Of a stretch of DNA of 64,000 nt, positions 58,901 through 64,000 are shown one piece after another. Each line of letters starts with the position of its first letter. The stretch's first letter is position 1. The stretch is from an uncultured Gammaproteobacteria bacterium (GTDB taxonomy: Bacteria; Patescibacteriota; Patescibacteriia; UBA1558; GWA2-36-10). The translations under genes and the position numbers were made by a program. Location: the NCBI GenBank assembly GCA_964638415.1, contig CAZWYP010000002.1, forward strand, positions 33,997 to 97,996, read 5' to 3'. The notes beneath the pieces were generated by a model. The model worked only from the letters and a program-made list of their open reading frames with translations. It searched no databases and was not told where the DNA came from.

Positions 58901-61900
58901 ATCCTAATGATAAGGTGACTATTGTTTCCCAAGATACTACTGGCAGTTCTGCTCAGGTACGCTTGCGCGGTTTAGCGGCAACAGCCAATAATACTCCTAA
59001 TTATATTGAAGTCATGAGTACGTTGGGAGGCTTCAGTGACACAGTTCAATCTACTATTACTGATTCACCTTTAACAATCGTAGATTATGGTCCGAATTGC
59101 GGTAATGCCTGTCCTAATGGAGCAGTGTGGATTACTTTCAATACTCCTTTGAATCCAGCGGTAGTAAACGAAGCTTTATTTACTATTAAAAATTGTCATG
59201 AAAATCCAGACTGTACTGATTCTTCGCCCATTGCTTATGAGGTTAATTATGATGAAGAAAATTACCGAGTTTGGATTGAAAATGTTGATTTTGAACCGAG
59301 CACATGGTATTTAGCTAGCGTGGGAGCAGCGATAGAAAATGTTTCTGGATACAGTTTACAGCCTCCGGTTAATTTTGAATGGACTTTCAAGACTGGTGAA
59401 GGTGCTAATTGTTCAGTGGCTAGAGTGGAAGTTGCTCCTGGTAGTTATTTAACTAATTCCACTAATCCAATAAATTATACTGCACATCCTTATTCTGCCC
59501 GAAATGAGTGCCGAGAAAGCGGCTTACCACTTGATCCAGCGGATTATAACTGGATTTGGACTTCTAGTAATAGTAGCATCGCTACAGTTAGCGGTTCGGC
59601 AAGTTACCAGGAAACAGTTAGGCCGGCAGATGAAGTGGAAGGGACAACTGTGATTACCGCTAAAGAAAGCGCTTCCAGCGTTTCGGGAATTGGTAATCTA
59701 GAAGTAGACACCATAATTAATGACGATAGTTCAGAATTTGATTTTCCTAGAGTTTCTGCTTACTTTCCAACCCTATCTCCGGTTTGCACCAATACTGCTG
59801 TATCGGTTGACTTTACTGAAATCATGTCTAGAGAATCAGTACGAAGCTATTTTAAATTGTATTACCAAGAATTTGATGTAGCAGAAAGAACACCGGAATG
59901 TAATGATATTTGGTGTCCAATAGAATCTGATTTAAGCTTTGTAGAAAATCCTGGAGGAACCCGTTCTATTCTTAATCCCCGAGACAATCTAGATCCTAAT
60001 ACGAGATATTTAGCCATTGTTAATCGTCAGGTTAGTAGTGTCGCTGGTTTTAATTTAGATTCCGCGGATTATAATTATAATTTTGATAGCAGTCCTGGTA
60101 ATGATTCTTTTGGTTGGGAATTTACTACTGGCGCCAATGCTTGCGATATTAATTTTGTTACTGTTGAACCAGCTTTTAATTACTATACCAGAGTTGATCA
60201 GAGTAAAGAGTTTGTAGCTTTAGCTTATGATATTGCTGGGAATTTATTAACAGCAGATAATTATTCTTGGTCAGAGAACGAAGGCTTAGTTGATTTAGTT
60301 AATCCCGTAGCTAATGCCATTAGTGCCGTAGCTAATAATCAAAATGGAGAAAGCACAGTAACAGTGGTGGCTTCTGGTCCTGGCTCAGCAATCGGTACGA
60401 CGCAAGTTAGGGTATTTTTGTGTGAAAATCCTTGGCCTAACCCATACAGCCCCTTTTTAGACGAATTCCCCTTTGATTTTAGAAATGAAGTGCATGGTTT
60501 TAACTTCTCCACTTATTATTGTCAGGATTCCGGCCGGGAACAATCTACAATCCTGCCTTATTTAACCACTGAGCCTATTGATCAGCCCGGTTCGCAAGGG
60601 TTATTGCGAGAATTTATTTTCGTAGTAGATCCCCAGGAAGTAGCATTTAATTATAATAATTTAGCTAAAAAGGATAAAGAATCATGGTGGTCAAGACTGC
60701 TAAATAGATTTAAAGCATCGGCTTTGGCAGTAGCTAATCCACCGACTAATCTGGATTTAATTAGCAATGCTCCCAACGCTATTATAATTGGCTGGCAGGA
60801 TAATTCTGATAATGAAGACGGCTTTAAGATCTATCGTCGCAGTGATATTACCGACTGGACCGAGATTGCCGAAATTGGCGCTAATACGGAACAATATACT
60901 GATGAAAATATTGTTTCCGGTCAAGTTTATAGTTATCGGGTGGCAGCTTTTATTGATTACCCTAGCGGACCCTTACTTTCTGCTTATACTAATAGTATTA
61001 CGGTGACTGCTGGCGCTTCCAGTTTGGATTTAATTGGTGTGCAGGTCAGAGCTAATCCGGAACACTTGTCGGTAATGGATTGGTTTAATCTCTATGCTCC
61101 TAACCCCAATGAGAACGGCAGATTATTTGAAATTGACGGTTATGAAGCTTTACAGGTAGGTAATACCGTTTATATTTCAGCAGCTAATTTGTCTGGACCT
61201 AATATCTTTACTAATATTTATATCATTTCTCATAATATCGGTGCCCGCGAAGGAACTGTGGAAATATTTGATCAGCTGGTAGCTAACTTCAGTTTCAGTG
61301 CCAATATATTTAATGCTCAGGTGTGTAGTGTTAGCAGTGAAGTTAGCTGCAGCAGTGATTTTGATTGCCCATCAGGCGAGCTTTGTCAGGCTAATGGAGA
61401 TAAATTACGTCGCGATACCAAACGCTTGACTGATTTAGTTTCAGTGCAAAGGCGCTTACGCAGCTATGGCCAGCTTTATAAGGCTTGCCAGAATAATACC
61501 AGCATCAGTTGCCAGACGGATATTGATTGTCCGGTGGGCGATAGTTGTATTCCTTATTACCCCTTATTGAATTCCGGTACTTACTTATCAGGAGCTAGTG
61601 TTTCGCTCTGGCCTTCTTGGCGACAAGAATTCAGTTCTCAACTATTCAATACTCCTTTACCAATAGACCCTCTTAACCGTTTTAACGGCGATTGTCCTGA
61701 AGGTTATAATCAGGCAACTTGCTGGAATGCTGAAGAAAGCCTGTTTAGCTGTCCGGCTAATTCATTTATCTACGTTTACCAAAATAGTAACGGTTATAAT
61801 TATAATCTATCGGCAAATTTTGAAAGTGGTTACTTTACTGATTACAATTTAATCAGTCCTCCGCCAGTAAATTTACCGTCCAACGGCATTAGCTTCAATA

Positions 61901-63966
61901 ATGATTATATGTGCTCTGGTAACCCCATTGGTAATAATGCTATTCCTCTTCGTGAATATTGCGGCGATGGTCAGATAAATTTACTGGAAGAATGTGATAT
62001 CAACAGCTTTAGGAATTTATGTGATGCAATATTAGGTGATCAAGATTGGTGGAACGAAAGAACTGGCGGTTGCTATCCACCGGGCAGGGTAGACAGCAGC
62101 GGTAATTCTATTCAATGTACTTGGTATGAACCAGCAATTCCTTTGACTAATGCTATTTGTGGCGGTTATTGCGGAGATAGTAGTATTCAGACAAATCATG
62201 AAGCTTGTGAGGGCAATGGCGTAGTGCCAGGGTATAGTTGTGTGGATGGTTCTACCCCTGTTTGCAATGGCTGTCAGCCAATTTGCAGCGGGGATGGCAG
62301 TATTGCCATTCGCTGTGGCGATGGCTATTGGGATCAAGCGCACGGCGAAGAATGTGATGCTTCGGCAAATCCGAATGGTTTGACTGGAGTAAGTTGTACA
62401 GTGGAAACGGGAATATTAAGTTGTAATTCCTGCCATTATTCTTGCACTTTAGGAGAACCATATTTTGGTTCCTGCGGTAATAATGAGATTGAAGGCGATG
62501 AACAGTGCGAGCCAGCTCTTTATTCTTCCCCGGAACCAGCTGATTCTGATGCTACTCATCAGTATGAGTGTAGCGATCAGTGTCGAATTGCCGGTGGTTA
62601 TTGTGGTGATCGAATCACCAACCGTCCTTATGAAAGTTGTGATACTAATGGTTGGATTACACCTTCACCGGCTATGTCTAGTGCTACTTATCAATATGTC
62701 TGCGACACCTGTGTTAATCGCGGTGGTTGGTGTGGTGATCGGATAGTGCATAATGGCGAGGGTGGCCGTTTGGATTGGGGAGAAGCGTGCGAAGATGGAG
62801 ATAGGGTAGATAATAATGTTTGCAATAATGCCTGCCAATGGAATTGTAATGATACTAATGGTGATTCAATTCCTGATTCTGGTGCCGTGGAACATCAGTT
62901 TATTTTCAACGGTTATACTCCGGAAGTAGTTTTGCATGATGGTGAATCAGCGGTGATGAATTTGCCTGCTTGCCGTCTGCGGGGAGATGTAGAAGTAGAT
63001 ATTACCATTGATAATGGTGCGGGGGCATATGATACCGGTGTATTATTTGTCTCCGATGTTTCCGGTAGTATGGCCGGTGCGCCTTTAGACGCTCTTAAGA
63101 CCGCTATTGCTGGTACTGGTAATGCTTTAGATACTATTTTTAGCACTAATCCAATGGTTAGGGTTGGCTTGATTTCCTATAACGATACTGCCACCGCTAA
63201 TCCCGCTTCTTTTTATCCTACTGCCCTGAAGAATCTTTTAAAAAACAGAGTTAATGCTTATGTGGCTGGCGGCGGAACCAATCATGTAGCTGCTTTACAG
63301 TTAGCTGCTGAAAAATTTGCTCTTGAACCTTATGATTTTGAGCATGAAATTGTAATTTTAATGACTGATGGCGGAACCGCTTCTGCGGCTGCTATCGCTC
63401 AAGCACAAACCCTGAAAAATAATGGAATTGACATATTTACCATTACTTTAAATGATGATAATGGTTTATTAACATTTATGAATGGCATGTCGTCTAGTAA
63501 TTGCACTTGTTCCGGAAGTAATTGTAACCTATCTTCTGGCTCTTGCGGTGATGGTTCTACCTATTGTGCTTCTGGTAATTTTTCCAGATTTGAAGAATGT
63601 GACGGGCAAGCAGGTTGTAATGCTCAGTGCCAGTGGAGTAATCAATTCCAGAAAAGAGCTTATCAGGCAGATAGTGCTAGTGATTTAACTTCCATGTATC
63701 AATATATTGTCCAATCATTGGCCCCGGGAGATATTACTTTGAGCTATAATTCCACTAATTTACCAATAGAAGATACTGATGGAGATAATATTATTTCTGG
63801 TTTTGTTTTACCGGCTGCCAGTTTAATGAGTCCAGCCTCTTGTTTAGAGGGGGAAGAACATAATATAAATATCACATTGGATATTACCGGCAATCCCAAT
63901 GCCAGTGTTACCATCTCTAATCCAGTGTTTAATTTCTGTCCTTGGGAAAATGGTAGTTTTTACTAA
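55996..63966 (+). CDS. Giant (about 2650 aa) secreted multidomain surface protein with a VirB2/TrbC pilin-like N-terminal domain
   Basis: N-terminus paralogous to the upstream gene ('...GWLWMTSQGDADKIQRAKLMIVSAVIGLVVILSSYLIARYVI'). Multiple IPT/Ig-like modules. An FN3 domain (about 60741-61010). Cys-rich modules, including CGDG...EECD-type repeats (about 61960-62860). A C-terminal vWA domain with MIDAS 'DVSGSM' (about 63040-63480). Start was taken at the first ATG after the upstream stop. Confidence 0.75.
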   Translation: MMKNIFKSIFFTASLFIFSGQQALAQANLGVNDLAGSGLGTNDVVGIVNNLINIFLGFLTIIAVIVIIYAGWLWMTSQGDADKIQRAKLMIVSAVIGLVVILSSYLIARYVIRTLSDATGGGNNNGNEEEGPGPGPLPACGEPLDSTEIAVCRTRPNSGVPGQYITIQGWHFGSYNPADSQVFFETSSGTRTQATLASCSGVPVWRESNTPGYFNIRAVIPAVDQGDYKIIVKNGPYEDAYPDGLDYYSVTTGEAGPGIACIIPEDPSPGENITIEGNNFGNTPSTITMSGWVAGSEQDINFLNIGSWSNTLITAAQVPNNALASDLFVSVSGINSNDYYLAVSCADDGQCESGCCADNVCRPDSWCTGGGGGSGPHIEYLTPDTVAEGNLITIYGSGFGDSQGSGNVWFTDSSGSGRVAGRNPNVVNPSCSNTWHDDYIVVVVPADVLDNNADVWVETNDGEESNQKNFHDNGGNLPGLCSLDTASGAYGQVISLSGINFNAGDKASYGGVLDSATTINSPTGAQSTVPNLAAGRVGLSVQTAAGDSGNALPFNIDPLAGGNPIINEVSPEQGPVGQYLTIIGANFGNSIGTVKFIDSTEHLADVDFPNQCSDNYWRNNQIIVKVPAGLESSSEIQVVRNDLATSNLYDFNLTAGNAGPGICLIEPNNGPVNLTPVNIYGDNFGSSGQVDYFNNVASGINTWSDQLISTRVPAGAITGPVTVTASGRVSNAVNFSVGSCSNDSQCSGGQTCCSSATGNYCAANCPGANICSYSWTVTTAAQAFGIWESYECSNDLQSPSPWPDGLWGNDSQEAYVDSQIIGLFTRNVVDADLLSNAITKVFKCTGRDLNCTTEVAGSLSIVNHNSQREGFQFDPAASLETDSWYQVQLGVYHAAEGGDVWDGTTYEWNFKTRAEGLMCQVSSITVSPNENFNVGQEKNFYASAVGDNCNVCGSNYTWSPWNVTYNGAYPNDKVTIVSQDTTGSSAQVRLRGLAATANNTPNYIEVMSTLGGFSDTVQSTITDSPLTIVDYGPNCGNACPNGAVWITFNTPLNPAVVNEALFTIKNCHENPDCTDSSPIAYEVNYDEENYRVWIENVDFEPSTWYLASVGAAIENVSGYSLQPPVNFEWTFKTGEGANCSVARVEVAPGSYLTNSTNPINYTAHPYSARNECRESGLPLDPADYNWIWTSSNSSIATVSGSASYQETVRPADEVEGTTVITAKESASSVSGIGNLEVDTIINDDSSEFDFPRVSAYFPTLSPVCTNTAVSVDFTEIMSRESVRSYFKLYYQEFDVAERTPECNDIWCPIESDLSFVENPGGTRSILNPRDNLDPNTRYLAIVNRQVSSVAGFNLDSADYNYNFDSSPGNDSFGWEFTTGANACDINFVTVEPAFNYYTRVDQSKEFVALAYDIAGNLLTADNYSWSENEGLVDLVNPVANAISAVANNQNGESTVTVVASGPGSAIGTTQVRVFLCENPWPNPYSPFLDEFPFDFRNEVHGFNFSTYYCQDSGREQSTILPYLTTEPIDQPGSQGLLREFIFVVDPQEVAFNYNNLAKKDKESWWSRLLNRFKASALAVANPPTNLDLISNAPNAIIIGWQDNSDNEDGFKIYRRSDITDWTEIAEIGANTEQYTDENIVSGQVYSYRVAAFIDYPSGPLLSAYTNSITVTAGASSLDLIGVQVRANPEHLSVMDWFNLYAPNPNENGRLFEIDGYEALQVGNTVYISAANLSGPNIFTNIYIISHNIGAREGTVEIFDQLVANFSFSANIFNAQVCSVSSEVSCSSDFDCPSGELCQANGDKLRRDTKRLTDLVSVQRRLRSYGQLYKACQNNTSISCQTDIDCPVGDSCIPYYPLLNSGTYLSGASVSLWPSWRQEFSSQLFNTPLPIDPLNRFNGDCPEGYNQATCWNAEESLFSCPANSFIYVYQNSNGYNYNLSANFESGYFTDYNLISPPPVNLPSNGISFNNDYMCSGNPIGNNAIPLREYCGDGQINLLEECDINSFRNLCDAILGDQDWWNERTGGCYPPGRVDSSGNSIQCTWYEPAIPLTNAICGGYCGDSSIQTNHEACEGNGVVPGYSCVDGSTPVCNGCQPICSGDGSIAIRCGDGYWDQAHGEECDASANPNGLTGVSCTVETGILSCNSCHYSCTLGEPYFGSCGNNEIEGDEQCEPALYSSPEPADSDATHQYECSDQCRIAGGYCGDRITNRPYESCDTNGWITPSPAMSSATYQYVCDTCVNRGGWCGDRIVHNGEGGRLDWGEACEDGDRVDNNVCNNACQWNCNDTNGDSIPDSGAVEHQFIFNGYTPEVVLHDGESAVMNLPACRLRGDVEVDITIDNGAGAYDTGVLFVSDVSGSMAGAPLDALKTAIAGTGNALDTIFSTNPMVRVGLISYNDTATANPASFYPTALKNLLKNRVNAYVAGGGTNHVAALQLAAEKFALEPYDFEHEIVILMTDGGTASAAAIAQAQTLKNNGIDIFTITLNDDNGLLTFMNGMSSSNCTCSGSNCNLSSGSCGDGSTYCASGNFSRFEECDGQAGCNAQCQWSNQFQKRAYQADSASDLTSMYQYIVQSLAPGDITLSYNSTNLPIEDTDGDNIISGFVLPAASLMSPASCLEGEEHNINITLDITGNPNASVTISNPVFNFCPWENGSFY

Positions 63967-64000
63967 TTAATTTTTACCGATGTTTAAGAATATTTTAATT

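Overview
The window is 64 kb of a low-GC genome (roughly high-30s % by eye) that is gene-dense and almost entirely coding. Most of it is housekeeping. It holds aminoacyl-tRNA synthetases (ileS fragment, glyQS, metG, pheS, pheT, hisS), recO, tgt, rsmI, tatD and rmuC. It holds a complete F1Fo ATP synthase operon (atpI-like, then atpB, E, F, H, A, G, D, C). It also holds gyrB, secE-nusG-rplK-rplA, pepA, pth, der, an LCP-family protein, lepB, rpsU and a GatB/YqeY protein. Many adjacent genes show ATGA/TAATG overlaps, consistent with translational coupling. The gene content, two adjacent secreted proteins with VirB2/TrbC pilin-like N-termini (one about 2650 aa), and several AT-rich islets suggest a Patescibacteria/CPR-type organism. 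That placement is inference. I found no rRNA, tRNA or CRISPR array. Features that stood out: (1) a secreted pilin-like-domain protein pair at the 3' end, the larger carrying Ig/IPT-like, FN3, cysteine-rich repeat and vWA/MIDAS modules; (2) a GC-rich, strongly structured region of about 320 nt at 44150-44468 that is probably a minus-strand ncRNA of unidentified class, with its own consensus promoter and an intrinsic terminator; (3) a low-GC idi plus membrane-protein cassette inserted between pheS and pheT; (4) a lone MoaA-like radical SAM gene convergent with a Nudix gene; (5) a membrane-anchored ClpB-like ATPase with an N-terminal DnaJ-type zinc finger and a degenerate first nucleotide-binding domain (NBD1); (6) a UvrD-family helicase fused to a Cas4/AddB-like Fe-S nuclease domain. 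Coordinates of promoters and terminators were read by eye from the sequence. All functional assignments come from recognising motifs in the supplied translations, not from database searches.
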